A stretch of DNA of 64,000 bases from Candidatus Aenigmatarchaeota archaeon (lineage in GTDB: Archaea > Aenigmatarchaeota > Aenigmatarchaeia > CG10238-14 > SCSR01), in contig JAVZGQ010000001.1 in the NCBI GenBank assembly GCA_038998585.1, positions 9,684-73,683 on the forward strand. The letters run 5' to 3'. Below, piece after piece: positions 29,304 through 39,306 of this stretch (position 1 is its first letter; each line of letters starts with the position of its first letter). The position numbers and the translations under genes are program-made. The notes under the pieces were generated by a model that saw only the letters and a program-made list of their open reading frames with translations, made no database searches and was not told where the DNA came from.

Positions 29304-29894
29304 TCACTCTTTTTCAAAATCTTCAACTTTAATTTTGTAGTCTTTTTCTGATTTTATTTCTTGCCTTTCTTTCAATATCTCACGAGTGAGTAACCAAAGC
29401 AAAGTTGCCAAGGCCCTTTTCCCTTTGTTGTTAGCGGGAATTACGAGGTCTATGTTTCTTGTTTCATTGAAACTATTGCACACGGCTATCACAGGAACCC
29501 TTGCTTTTACAGCTTCCTCCACAGCCTGTTTATCAATCATAGGGTCTATAACAAAAACAACATCAGCCTCCATGTATTTTTCAAAAGAGGGATTTGTTAG
29601 AGTGCCTGGCAAAAATCTCCCGACAAAAGCCTTGGCCTTTATTAGTTCAGCAAATTTCTCCACACCTTTTTGTACTTGGCTTTTCTTGCTCGCCACAACT
29701 ATATTTTTTGACCTTGCCAAAAATTTTGAAGCAATTCTTATTCTTTCATCAATCTTCCTAAGGTTTAAAACAGCTAGACCATCGGGTCTTATCTTGAAGA
29801 TGAACTCTCTCATGTTTTTGGTCCTTAGCTTCATTCCCATATGTATTCCAGACGACAAATATTGTTGCCTAGGGATTAAAAGTTTTGTCGGCAT
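29304..29894 (-). CDS. rps2: 30S ribosomal protein S2
   Basis: 196 aa uS2: ...IHMGMKLRTKNM..., VVFVIDP..., conserved core. Confidence 0.85.
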   Translation of the reverse strand: MPTKLLIPRQQYLSSGIHMGMKLRTKNMREFIFKIRPDGLAVLNLRKIDERIRIASKFLARSKNIVVASKKSQVQKGVEKFAELIKAKAFVGRFLPGTLTNPSFEKYMEADVVFVIDPMIDKQAVEEAVKARVPVIAVCNSFNETRNIDLVIPANNKGKRALATLLWLLTREILKERQEIKSEKDYKIKVEDFEKE

Positions 29895-29898
29895 TTGC

Positions 29899-30693
29899 TC
29901 AACCTATGTAAGTTAGTTCTTCCTTCTTTCCAACTTTTTCAGGTGGTGCTAGAAGCTGACTCAAAGCTCTTTTTTGTACATCCTCAACCTTCTTTATCAA
30001 TTCTTCCATTTCTTCTACTTTTTTCCCAAGTCTTGAAGTATCAATGTTTAAATTCAAAATCTTTATCAGGATCGTGAGAACAGATTCAGCACTCTTCGGG
30101 TCCGGAATTATCGGGAAGCCCATAGTTTCACCCAGAAGGCAAACACCCTTCATTTTTCTCATCTTCCCGAGTCCTATGAAAAGACCGGAGGCTCCGACTA
30201 TAGTACCAACTTTATTCACAGACTGGAAGTCTATTCCATATTTCTCATATTTTTTTATGAGTTCGGGGTCGCTTACAGCACCAATAACTTTAGGCTTTGC
30301 TTTTTCTTCACCTATGCTCAGTCCTGCCAAAGCAAAAATTTCTTTCACCCCAAACTTCTGAATATAATCAAGAATAGTTTCAACTATTTCATAATGTCCT
30401 TCAGGATCTATGCTTTGGCTGTCCCCGATTAACAAAATCAAGTCTCTCTGGGTTTTCTTTTTTGCCTTCCAATAATAGAACTCATTTTTAAGCATATGGA
30501 CGGAAGAATTTTCATGTAATAAAACAAATGGCATAAAATGGGAAGAAAAGAGTTCAGCAAACTTTTTTGCTTTTAATTCTTCCACCAAATAGCCAGCAGC
30601 AATTCTACCGACATTTCCAATCCCGGGTAGACCTTCAATGAATATAGGATCCTTTAGCTTAGGTCTTTCAAGTTCAATTATTTTTGTTGTCAT
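29899..30693 (-). CDS. proteasome assembly chaperone family protein (PAC2/ATP-grasp-like)
   Basis: 264 aa; PFIEGLPGIGNVGRIAAGYL N-terminus typical of the PAC2 family. Confidence 0.55.
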   Translation of the reverse strand: MTTKIIELERPKLKDPIFIEGLPGIGNVGRIAAGYLVEELKAKKFAELFSSHFMPFVLLHENSSVHMLKNEFYYWKAKKKTQRDLILLIGDSQSIDPEGHYEIVETILDYIQKFGVKEIFALAGLSIGEEKAKPKVIGAVSDPELIKKYEKYGIDFQSVNKVGTIVGASGLFIGLGKMRKMKGVCLLGETMGFPIIPDPKSAESVLTILIKILNLNIDTSRLGKKVEEMEELIKKVEDVQKRALSQLLAPPEKVGKKEELTYIG

Positions 30694-30759
30694 GTGCTCA
30701 CATATAGATTATCTTGTTTATCTTTTAAATTTATGTATTTTAAAATGTCTTGAAACTTC

Positions 30760-30921
30760 TTAAGGATTTTTAGTCTTTTTTATCGCCATTCTTCTCAATT
30801 CACCATATCTATCTTGTAATGAAAATTTTGGTGGTTGTGGGGGAATAGTCTCAATCCCACACCTGACACACTTATCTTTAAAGGTGTAGGTTTTACAAAC
30901 AGAACATTTCCTCATCTTCAT
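30760..30921 (-). CDS. nop10: H/ACA ribonucleoprotein subunit Nop10, not in the ORF track
   Basis: 53 aa: MKMRKCSVCKTYTFKDKCVRCGIETIPPQPPKFSLQDRYGELRRMAIKK; Zn ribbon plus PP..F motif; adjacent to aIF2-alpha as in many archaea. Confidence 0.7.
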   Translation of the reverse strand: MKMRKCSVCKTYTFKDKCVRCGIETIPPQPPKFSLQDRYGELRRMAIKKTKNP

Positions 30922-30946
30922 ATTATTTATTTTTAATTTCTAAAAA

Positions 30947-31270
30947 ATGAAAAATATGAATTTATTGCTGTTATTTTTAGGAGTGCTTGATTTCTGTGGT
31001 GCTATGATTATCTACTTTGGGCCAAGCTTTCCGATAATTGGAGCCTATACTCTTTATTTTGCCTATATTCTTTTGGTTAAAGGTATTTTGTCGGTCTTCA
31101 CAAGCTTTTCGATTGGAATTTTTGATTGGATGGGGATTCTTGATGTTCTAGCGGGATTAGTCTTACTTTTAATTTCATTTGGTGCAAATTTTAATTTTTT
31201 TCACATATTTGCAATTTTATATGTGTTTAAAGTAGCTTATGTGCTTTTTAGAACAATCTTCAACTTTTAA
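30947..31270 (+). CDS. hypothetical membrane protein (107 aa)
   Basis: Three predicted TM helices. Confidence 0.35.
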   Translation: MKNMNLLLLFLGVLDFCGAMIIYFGPSFPIIGAYTLYFAYILLVKGILSVFTSFSIGIFDWMGILDVLAGLVLLLISFGANFNFFHIFAILYVFKVAYVLFRTIFNF

Positions 31271-32036
31271 GGAATTTGAACTTTCCCTCTCCGTCAAATT
31301 TTTCAATTTGTTTGCACATGGCTTCAAGCTCTTGAGTGAGCCTTCTTTCCAAAGTTTTTGGATCTTTACTTTTAATCTCAATTCTATATTTAGGAGCAGA
31401 GATATACTTAACCTTGCACCCAGTTTTTTTCTCAAATTCAGAGAGTAACTCCTTTATCTTCTTCACACCATCTTTAGCAAAACATTTCAGCTCAATCTCA
31501 GCTTTTATTTCGAATTCTTTTTCTTGAATACTCTCTTCAGCAATTCCGGCTATGGCTTCGGCCCACTCTTTGCTCACACCTGCTTTAATTAACTCTTCTT
31601 TACATTTTTTTGCTAATTCAAAGGCTGTTGATAAATTACCAAATTTTTCTTGGATCAGAAAGCCGATTTCATCATAAGCCTGATTCAAATTTTTTCCGAG
31701 AGATTTTGCCGCCTGTTCCATGAGCTTTTCAGCTCTCTGCTCTTTTCTAAACTCATTCATCTTTTCCTTTTCATCAACCCTACTTACTCTTTTCAAGCTC
31801 AAATTCACAAAGTTTTTCTGATAGTCTATCTTGATAACTTTAGCCACATACTGTTTTTTAATTTTAACAAAGTCACGAATGTCATGAACCCATTTTCCAG
31901 CAACTTCTGTTACATGAATCATGCCCTCAGCTTCAGGATATTCTACAAGCCTACACCAAGCAGCATATGGAGTAATTTTTTCAACTGTAACTAAAACAAA
32001 CTCACCCCATTGAGGCAGTCCTTTTTTCCTGACCAT
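31260..32036 (-). CDS. translation initiation factor aIF2 alpha subunit
   Basis: 258 aa; N-terminal S1 domain (LPQWGEFVLVTVEKITPYAAWCRLVEYP...GMIHVTEV) and conserved alpha-helical and C-terminal domains. Confidence 0.85.
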   Translation of the reverse strand: MVRKKGLPQWGEFVLVTVEKITPYAAWCRLVEYPEAEGMIHVTEVAGKWVHDIRDFVKIKKQYVAKVIKIDYQKNFVNLSLKRVSRVDEKEKMNEFRKEQRAEKLMEQAAKSLGKNLNQAYDEIGFLIQEKFGNLSTAFELAKKCKEELIKAGVSKEWAEAIAGIAEESIQEKEFEIKAEIELKCFAKDGVKKIKELLSEFEKKTGCKVKYISAPKYRIEIKSKDPKTLERRLTQELEAMCKQIEKFDGEGKFKFLKS

Positions 32037-32553
32037 ACTAATACTAAATAATAATAAAGTAATTAAAGTTTGTTGTTAGTGCAAATAAGTTGATGTGAAT
32101 AATATAGGACAAGAAAAGAAAAAAAAGAAAGTTTGCCTATAAAAATTAGGCATATTAGACGTGGTTTTTAGGCAGAAGGAGTTGTTTGTTCCTCAGGTTT
32201 TGGCTCCTCTTTCTTTTTCTTTGCCATTCTCTCACCCCTTTATATTTTTTCATCCTTCTTGGACGAAGGAATCATCTTTATTAACAGCATAAAAAATAGG
32301 TAAGATAAAGATGACCGATAACTTTAAGTAGAAGTTCTACCATCTTCTTACTCTTAAGCTTTTCGGATAAGCTTAAATTTAAGGAATACAATAAAAAAGA
32401 CCTTATTTTTAGATTCCATTACAATATTAATTTGTTCTTTTAGATGGACATCAATAAGTTTCTTTATGACTTTTTAATTAAGGCCCATATTTTTAAGGAT
32501 ATGTCAGGAATTCATCTGAGAATCTGGCCATCAAAAATAAAAAATAGGAAACT

Positions 32554-32651
32554 TGCAGGGGGTGGGATTCGAACCCACGAAGGCACTAAGCCACTAGGTT
32601 TCCTCTTAACACCTAAGCCTAGCCCGATTGACCAGACTACGGGACCCCTGC
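32554..32651 (-). tRNA. tRNA-Leu(UAG) with ~12-nt intron in the anticodon loop
   Basis: Acceptor GCAGGGG/CCCCUGC-A, T-arm GUGGG-UUCGAAU-CCCAC, long variable arm; anticodon stem CUAGG/CCUAG encloses 19 nt (CUUAGG + 12-nt intron + A). Confidence 0.7.
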
Positions 32652-32711
32652 AATATTTGAGATAAGTTTTCTAGAAATTAAATCTTTGTTGTTTTTTATT
32701 TCAGGGACTAA

Positions 32712-33710
32712 ATGCTATTTATGAAAACTCTGATCAAAATACCAAAAGATGCCGAGCTTCCTTTAATAGGCCTAGTTCAAGTTGGTATGATAGACAGAGG
32801 GACAAATCTTTTACAGATAAGACCAACCACCATTTGTAATTTGAACTGTGTTTTTTGTAGTACTGATGCTGGGGGCCTTTCGAGGTATCACACTACCGAG
32901 TATGTTGTGGAAAAAGACTATTTGTTAGATTGGTTGAAAAATATCATTAAATTCAAAGGAAGTGTGCACGCCTTTTTCGACTCTGTTGGTGAAGTATTAA
33001 CCTACCCAAAGATTTTGGATCTATTATCTGAAGTTTCTCAACTCAAAGGAATTAAGAGTTTGGCTTTTGAAACAAATGGCACATTACTGACAGAAGAAAT
33101 AATTAAAGAGCTTGAAGAGATTAAGATCGATAGAATCAATTTGTCTTTACATGCTTTAGACGAGGAAATTAACAAAAAGCTCACAGGCTGTACGGAATAC
33201 AACACGAAGAGGATTGTTGAGCTATTAAAATTTATAACAAGAAGTAAAATAGAAATTTGTCTCACACCAGTTTGGGTTCCGGGCTTGAATGACCAAGAGA
33301 TACCAAAACTGATAGAGTTAGCTAAAGCTGAAATAAAGAACAAAAGATTTCCAATTCTTGGGATTCAGAAATACGAAGTCCATAGATTTGGAAGAAAGCC
33401 TAAAGGAGCTAGACCAATTTCTTGGTACAAATTTTTCGGACAACTGAAAAAATGGGAGGATGAATTTAAGGTCAAGCTAAAAATTTCACCTTCTGAATTT
33501 GGGATAGAAAAAGCCAGACATTTGCCGTTCGCTTTCAAGATTGGTGAAAGGGTTATGGTCGAAATTAGATCTCAAGGGTGGATGTTGAATGAAATGATAG
33601 GTGTTGCAAGACAAAGGAGTATAACAATAGTTGATTGTAAAGAAAGCTTAAACAAGTTGGTAAAAGTAAGGATTTTAAGAAATAGGGATAATATCTACAT
33701 TGCGAGATGA
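32712..33710 (+). CDS. radical SAM domain protein
   Basis: CNLNCVFC (Cx3Cx2C) near the N-terminus; 332 aa. Confidence 0.6.
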   Translation: MLFMKTLIKIPKDAELPLIGLVQVGMIDRGTNLLQIRPTTICNLNCVFCSTDAGGLSRYHTTEYVVEKDYLLDWLKNIIKFKGSVHAFFDSVGEVLTYPKILDLLSEVSQLKGIKSLAFETNGTLLTEEIIKELEEIKIDRINLSLHALDEEINKKLTGCTEYNTKRIVELLKFITRSKIEICLTPVWVPGLNDQEIPKLIELAKAEIKNKRFPILGIQKYEVHRFGRKPKGARPISWYKFFGQLKKWEDEFKVKLKISPSEFGIEKARHLPFAFKIGERVMVEIRSQGWMLNEMIGVARQRSITIVDCKESLNKLVKVRILRNRDNIYIAR

Positions 33711-34331
33711 ATGAAAAAAGAGCTCGAGTTTTTGCTTTCTCGGCTTAGACCATTGGAAAGACCAAAAATTAAGCTTGAGCAATACACCATACCGCCAGAC
33801 TTGGCAGCAGAGATTTTAAATCTTGCTTTTTTGTCAAAAGACATTAAGGACAAGTATGTGGCAGACTTTGGTTGCGGAAGTGGAAGGCTTGCAATAGGAG
33901 CGGCTTTACTTGAAGCTAAGAAAGTTATAGGAATAGATTTGGATGAAGAGGCAATAAAGCAAGCAAAAGAAAATTTGAAAATTGCTGAGGATTTGATTGG
34001 AAGAAAGCTAAAAGTTAAATTTATTTATTGTGATATAGCAAAATGGAAAGGAAAGTGTGATACAATTTTACAAAATCCACCTTTTGGTATAAAAGGAATT
34101 TATACTGATAAGATTTTTCTAGAGAAAGCTTTAACTTGTGCGAAAAAGATTTACTCTCTCCACAGGAATGGAAGAAAAGAGACAAGGAATTTCCTCATAA
34201 ATTTTATTTCTGCTCGAGGAGGCAAAATTGAAAACATAATTAAACTTAAATTTTTCTTACCATACACTTTTAAGTTTCACAAGAAGCCGAAAATAAGATA
34301 TGATGTTGATCTTTTTGTAATAAGATGTTAG
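33711..34331 (+). CDS. class I SAM-dependent methyltransferase with NPPF motif (HemK/METTL5-like RNA or protein methylase)
   Basis: DFGCGSGRL (motif I) and QNPPFG (motif IV). Confidence 0.6.
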   Translation: MKKELEFLLSRLRPLERPKIKLEQYTIPPDLAAEILNLAFLSKDIKDKYVADFGCGSGRLAIGAALLEAKKVIGIDLDEEAIKQAKENLKIAEDLIGRKLKVKFIYCDIAKWKGKCDTILQNPPFGIKGIYTDKIFLEKALTCAKKIYSLHRNGRKETRNFLINFISARGGKIENIIKLKFFLPYTFKFHKKPKIRYDVDLFVIRC

Positions 34332-34462
34332 TTTCATTGTAAGTTATAATCCTTTTAAAAAATTCTCTGTCACATTTTTAAATCCATACAAGTTTTTTGA
34401 TCATATTTAGTAGAGAAAACAATCCAATATTAGAAAACATATTTTTTAAAAAAATAAATTTA

Positions 34463-34558
34463 TGCCCCCTCAGGGATTTGAACCCTGGTTCACAGCCCGA
34501 GAAGCTGTTGTCCTATCGATTTTACATAGTTCAATTAACCGGGCTAGACGAAGGGGGC
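34463..34558 (-). tRNA. tRNA-Glu(CUC) with ~19-nt insertion (intron) in the D-loop
   Basis: Acceptor GCCCCCU/AGGGGGC-A, T-arm CAGGG-UUCAAAU-CCCUG, anticodon arm ACAGC-UUCUCGG-GCUGU; D-stem GUCU/GGAC encloses 31 nt beginning AGCCCGGUUAAU (Glu-like D-loop). Confidence 0.55.
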
Positions 34559-34872
34559 TTATTAAATTTATGCAATATATTATTGGTATTTTTAAATTGT
34601 TAAATTTTATTTCATCAAAGAAATTAAATACATTTTTACATCTATCGACACCAATACCATCTCTCATTACTATCCATTTAGAAAGTTTTAGGTCCAAAAT
34701 CAGATAAAAGATATTTATTCAAAGTTTAAACCAAATCTTTACTTTGTTTCTCTTTCTAATAATATTTTCCTCATCCATATGTCCTATGAGTTATAACCAT
34801 AGGATAGACAACTGACCTCTTAAAATTTCTTTTTAACATAAAAAATTTAAAGAAAGTGGAAAGAACAAAGTT

Positions 34873-35136
34873 TTATACAAGGATTTTGTAAACGGAATCC
34901 CCTTCTCTAACTTTATCAACAACTTTCAAACCAATTGCGTTTCCTGCTTTTGCTGTTTTTATTTGATTGTGCTCCATTTCCATACTTTCAACAGTTTGTT
35001 GGAAATTTGTGACATTACCTTCTATTGAGATCTTGTCGCCTACCGAAATCTCGTCTGTAACTTCAATTACAGCAACTCCAATCTTTCCATAGTAATGGGT
35101 AACTTTTCCAACTAACTTTTTTTCTTGATCTGCCAT
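34873..35136 (-). CDS. small beta-barrel protein (EF-Tu domain-2-like), hypothetical
   Basis: 87 aa; GKIGVAVIEV...VGDKISIEG pattern. Confidence 0.35.
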   Translation of the reverse strand: MADQEKKLVGKVTHYYGKIGVAVIEVTDEISVGDKISIEGNVTNFQQTVESMEMEHNQIKTAKAGNAIGLKVVDKVREGDSVYKILV

Positions 35137-35241
35137 AATTTATCTTTAGTTGGCTACTATTTAAATATTGCTTTTGTTCCTTTTGTTATTCCATATTCTG
35201 ATCAATAGGGTGTAATCTGATAGATTCATAAAAGAAATGTA

Positions 35242-35327
35242 TGGGCCTGGAGGGATTCGAACCCCCAACTCGAGGTTTCACCAAAAAACCGAAGCCTCGC
35301 CGGATATCCAAGTTTCCACACAGGCCC
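35242..35327 (-). tRNA. tRNA-Arg(UCG) with 12-nt intron after position 37
   Basis: Acceptor GGGCCUG/CAGGCCC-A, D-arm UGGA/UCCG, anticodon stem CGAGG/CCUCG enclosing CUUCGG + UUUUUUGGUGAA + A, T-arm GGGGG-UUCGAAU-CCCUC. Confidence 0.65.
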
Positions 35328-35606
35328 AATAATAGGTTGTCTTTTATTTAAAAAAAACTTGTGAGTATAAAAAATCAATTCTATCAATAAAATTAAAAAA
35401 TAAAAAAAGAGCGGGGATCAGAATTCTTCTGATTCCTCTTCCCCTATAAAGAGGTCTTCATCTTCGAAGGGATCCCACAGGTCTTCATTATCTTCTTTCA
35501 TCAGCCTCTCCTCCGCAAACCCATTTCTCCCAGGTCTAGAGTGTGAAACATAAAGCTAAGAGAGAAATAAGTTTTCCTGAACAAAGTGGGTTTGCTTATG
35601 GATAGA

Positions 35607-36773
35607 CTATCTGATTATATCTATCCCTAATGTTTGGCTGATTTCTCTTGACACTGGCGTTTCATAACTTACTGGCCCCAAGATATATGGCGACTTTACT
35701 CCTGTAACTATTACTATCACCTGTACTCTTCCCTCAAATTCTGGTAAAATCCTTGCTCCCCAGAAAACTTGTGCTGAAGGATCTAGATATTGTGAGACAG
35801 TTTCTCCAATCAGGTTTACTTCATCTAGTCTGAGATCAGGTCCACCTGTTATATGTACCAAAGCACCCTGAGCTCCTGTGTAGTCTACTTCGAGCAGTGG
35901 ATTCTCCAAGGCTCTTGTTATCGCGTCTTTGGCCCTGTCCGAGCTGTTACTCTCCCCAACTCCAATTGCTGCAACCCCTCCACCTGTGTGCATGACAGAC
36001 TTAACATCAGCATAATCCAGGTTGACAAGCGAGGGTAAGGTTATAGTTTCAGTTATTCCCTTCACCATCGAAGCTATCAACTCGTCCGCTACTGCAAAGG
36101 CCTGTTGGATTGAAAGATTGCCAGCATATTTCAAAAGCTTGTCATTCTCGATTACTATAACAGTATCACAAACTTGCCTCAGCCTTGCAAGACCATCTTC
36201 AGCCTTGGCAACTCTCGCCCCTTCTAGCTTGAAAGGCATTGTAGCAACAGCTATCACTATTGCCCCCGTTGATTTTGCTAGCTCACAAACAACTGGTATA
36301 CTCCCTGTCCCTGTTCCCTTTCCTAAGCCAGCTATTGCGAAAAGTAAGTCAACACCTTCCAAACATTCTTTTATTTCGTTTCTGCTTTCCTCGGCGGCCT
36401 TTCTTCCAACTTCCGGATAACCTCCACAGCCTAGACCTTTGGTCAATTCTTTACCTATCAAGATTTTCTTATCTGCTTTTGTAACAGCTAAAGCTTTAGC
36501 ATCTGTGTTCAGAGCTATTGTTGTAGCACCCTCAATTCCCATTTCTGTTAACCTAGTGACTGCATTGCTTCCCGCACCTCCACATCCAACCACAGCAATC
36601 TTAGCCTTTCTTACAGAAAATCCAAATTCTTGCTCAGCGAGCTTGTAGTAGTCTACATTACTGAAAGTTGCCCCACTTGTTGGTTCAAGCCTGAATCTTG
36701 TTTCTGGTCTATCTTCTCTCTGATTGCCAGTTGTTCTTGCTAAAGCGCTCTTTATGAGCGAATCCATTTGCAT
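35607..36773 (-). CDS. ftsZ: cell division protein FtsZ
   Basis: 388 aa; tubulin signature GLGKGTGTGS, GTP-binding AVVGCGGAGSN, T7 loop. Confidence 0.9.
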   Translation of the reverse strand: MQMDSLIKSALARTTGNQREDRPETRFRLEPTSGATFSNVDYYKLAEQEFGFSVRKAKIAVVGCGGAGSNAVTRLTEMGIEGATTIALNTDAKALAVTKADKKILIGKELTKGLGCGGYPEVGRKAAEESRNEIKECLEGVDLLFAIAGLGKGTGTGSIPVVCELAKSTGAIVIAVATMPFKLEGARVAKAEDGLARLRQVCDTVIVIENDKLLKYAGNLSIQQAFAVADELIASMVKGITETITLPSLVNLDYADVKSVMHTGGGVAAIGVGESNSSDRAKDAITRALENPLLEVDYTGAQGALVHITGGPDLRLDEVNLIGETVSQYLDPSAQVFWGARILPEFEGRVQVIVIVTGVKSPYILGPVSYETPVSREISQTLGIDIIR

Positions 36774-36883
36774 TTTTCATCCTCCTATATTCAACAAAAT
36801 ATATTTTGTTTCATCGAAAACCCTTTATTAAAGGTTTTCAATATTTTTCTTTAGAAATAGGTTGTGTGTAAAAAACACTACCT

Positions 36884-36920
36884 AGAACGAAACCCGAATT
36901 CTAACCCGACTTTAACCCGA
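36884..36920. repeat. three tandem copies of AACCCGA at 11-bp period upstream of ftsZ
   Basis: aaacccgaattct aacccgacttt aacccgaacta, about 110-150 nt upstream of the ftsZ start codon. Confidence 0.4.
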
Positions 36921-37122
36921 ACTAAATTAAATTTTAACAAACTCCGTGTAAATTTTTTGATAAAATAGATTTAAATACATTTTTTGTGTTTAAAATATAT
37001 GATGAAAATTGTATGATGGTGAATTTAAATTGTATAAAATATTTTTTTAATAATATATTTTTTAAATCAATCTTAATTATATTATAAAATTGATAAGATC
37101 TTTTTTTTGATTTCCAACCTTT

Positions 37123-37599
37123 TTAAAATTTTTTCATTTCAATAAAAATCCTTCTTGATTTTGGTAAAACATTTTCTATATAATTTTCTCTTAAAATTCC
37201 TGTGCCTACAAAATCTTTATCAAATTTTACAAGTACAAAGGAATTTATTTCGCAATTTATCAGTTTATGAGCCGAAAAATCAAGACCTTGTAAGAATTTT
37301 TTCAAATTTTCCTCATTGATAATAACAATATTTTTATTCGCCTTCTTTCCAACAAGTTGGACTCCTTCAACAGAAAGATGAATTTCCTCATTTTTCTTTA
37401 ACTTTCCAAAGTATAGGCCTAAAGCATTTATCCTTAGTTTAGAAGTATCCAATTCAAAAGCTTCATCTGATATAACCCAAATTTTATCTCCAGGAGTTTT
37501 GAACAATCTTTCTTTGAATTTAATTCTAGCCCCATAATTTTTTTCTAACAAATTCTCAAGATATACAATTTCTTCTAAGCCCATTTCTTCAACTTGCAT
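37123..37599 (-). CDS. hypothetical protein (158 aa), overlaps the Nsun gene by 25 nt in another frame; possibly an accessory or C-terminal domain partner
   Basis: Clean ORF directly downstream of the Nsun methyltransferase gene. Confidence 0.35.
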   Translation of the reverse strand: MQVEEMGLEEIVYLENLLEKNYGARIKFKERLFKTPGDKIWVISDEAFELDTSKLRINALGLYFGKLKKNEEIHLSVEGVQLVGKKANKNIVIINEENLKKFLQGLDFSAHKLINCEINSFVLVKFDKDFVGTGILRENYIENVLPKSRRIFIEMKKF

Positions 37600-38501
37600 A
37601 TAAAAAACCCCTCTGTGAAATTTTCAAATGGAAAGATTCGGATAGCATTTCTTATGCTTTCATCAAACTTTTTCCCGTTCCACTCCAAGATGCCTTCTCT
37701 ATATTTCAAATTCTTAATTTCAATCTTTTCAACACTTAGGCCAAGGTTTTTCACGCAGAAGTCAATTATTTCTTCATTTTCTTCTGGATCCAAAGAACAA
37801 GTTGAATAAACCAATGTTCCTTTTTCTTTCAAACATTTTGAGGCTGAGTATATAAGTTTTTTCTGCAAACTACTTAATTTTTCTACATTTGACTGTGACC
37901 AAAGTTTAAGTGAAGAGAACGTGCTTATAATTTTTCCACTTCCACTGCAAGGGGCGTCAACTAAAACTTTATCAAATTTTATTCCGTATTTCCAGAAATT
38001 TTCTCCTTTTTCATAAGTTAAAATACAATTTTTGACGCCCATTTTTTGCAAGTTAATCCGTAGGGCTTTTATTCTGTTCAGATTGTTATCATTAGCGACT
38101 ATTACTCCAGAATTTCTCATGATCATTGCGATTTGTGTTGTTTTTGAGCCAGGAGCTGCACATAAATCCAAGACTTTATCTTTCGGACTTGGGCTAAGGA
38201 TTAAGGGAGGAATCATTGAAGACGCTTCTTGAATATAATAGTATCCTAAAAAATATTCAAGAGTCTTTACAACATCTTTCTCATTTTCAACAAAAAACCC
38301 GTCCTTGTACCAAGGGATTTGTTTTAACTTCATCCCATTTTTTTCTAATCTTTTGACCAATTTTTCACTAGAAATTTTTATTGTGTTAACTCTTATCGAT
38401 TTTTTTGGTTTAAAAAATAAACAGGCTTCTAATTTTTCATATTCTTTACTTAAAAGTTTCTTATATTTTTCTTCAAAAGGTTTCGGTATTTTAATTTCCA
38501 T
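37575..38501 (-). CDS. RNA (cytosine-C5)-methyltransferase, NOL1/NOP2/Sun family
   Basis: LDLCAAPGSKTTQ (motif I), DAPCSGSG (motif IV with catalytic Cys), TCSL (motif VI Cys). Confidence 0.8.
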   Translation of the reverse strand: MEIKIPKPFEEKYKKLLSKEYEKLEACLFFKPKKSIRVNTIKISSEKLVKRLEKNGMKLKQIPWYKDGFFVENEKDVVKTLEYFLGYYYIQEASSMIPPLILSPSPKDKVLDLCAAPGSKTTQIAMIMRNSGVIVANDNNLNRIKALRINLQKMGVKNCILTYEKGENFWKYGIKFDKVLVDAPCSGSGKIISTFSSLKLWSQSNVEKLSSLQKKLIYSASKCLKEKGTLVYSTCSLDPEENEEIIDFCVKNLGLSVEKIEIKNLKYREGILEWNGKKFDESIRNAIRIFPFENFTEGFFICKLKKWA

Positions 38502-38555
38502 AATTAAATGGAAGTAAAATAAAAAGAATATTTTTTTCTATTAGCAAGGATATAT

Positions 38556-38858
38556 TTAATATGATTCAGATGATTTTATATTTTTCGAGTATTCAATTTT
38601 AATCCCATATAAATTTGCTAAGTTTCTAGCATTTTCATTCAGAGGCTTTTGTATTCTGAGTACACCTTCTTTATTTTCAACATCAGCGTCGAGCACTTTT
38701 ACATAAAGTTTCATCACAACTATCTCATCAGAAGAAGATTCGGTTTTTCTTATGATTTCTGAATAATCTTCGATTAGTCTAGTTTTTTCACGCGATTCAT
38801 CATATTCTATTGATGAAAACTCGTGTTCTATTCCAGATTTACCAATCTTTTTAACCAT
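38556..38858 (-). CDS. hypothetical protein (100 aa)
   Basis: ORF only. Confidence 0.3.
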   Translation of the reverse strand: MVKKIGKSGIEHEFSSIEYDESREKTRLIEDYSEIIRKTESSSDEIVVMKLYVKVLDADVENKEGVLRIQKPLNENARNLANLYGIKIEYSKNIKSSESY

Positions 38859-39306
38859 ATTATTATGATATTTGACTGACTATTTAAGCATTCTCATTCT
38901 CTGAGATACGAATCGATAGGATTTATTAATTCTTTAAAACACGCCATCGGTGGGACATTCAAAGAATTAGACTCCTACCCTTATTTTAAAATTACAGGTT
39001 GAAATTAAAAAACCTATTGGTTTCCAATATTTTTATTCTTTCAACATTTCTTAACAATTGTGAAGAAGAAATCCGAATGGCAAACAACTCCGATAAGAAG
39101 TTATAAGTATGCCTTCACTCCTGAAGAGATCAAAAAGATACTAGAAGTTGCAAAACCACACAGTTTCAGGTATACTGCTTATTGCTGACTCTCTTACTTA
39201 TTTCAAACATTTGAAAAATTATGATTCGATAAATAATGTTCTGTATAGTTTTAATAGTTTTAAAAGTTTTTTATAAATTTTATTGTTAAGATTTAATTAG
39301 AACTAT

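Noticed and set aside
29047-29916. ORFs 29047-29277 (+) and 29386-29916 (+) in the six-frame track
   Set aside because: The first lies entirely within the GC-rich structured RNA (RNase P RNA candidate). The second is antisense to the well-supported rps2 gene. Both are spurious.
32444-32665. ORF 32444-32665 (+), plus ORFs 34397-34707, 47870-48109, 51216-51588 and the first 16 codons of 44174-44443
   Set aside because: They overlap tRNA genes on the same or opposite strand. Their translations (e.g. GRSWVQIPP) are typical tRNA read-through artefacts.
35412-35495. 27-aa acidic mini-ORF (MKEDNEDLWDPFEDEDLFIGEEESEEF) between tRNA-Arg and ftsZ
   Set aside because: No start-proximal signals or conservation evidence; it is possibly coding, but a 3'-UTR translation artefact cannot be excluded.
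37123-38501. Nsun methyltransferase plus the downstream 158-aa ORF as one frameshifted gene
   Set aside because: The Nsun ORF ends with a complete catalytic domain and the downstream ORF has its own ATG. The 25-nt overlap in a different frame is typical of operon coupling, so they are kept as two genes.
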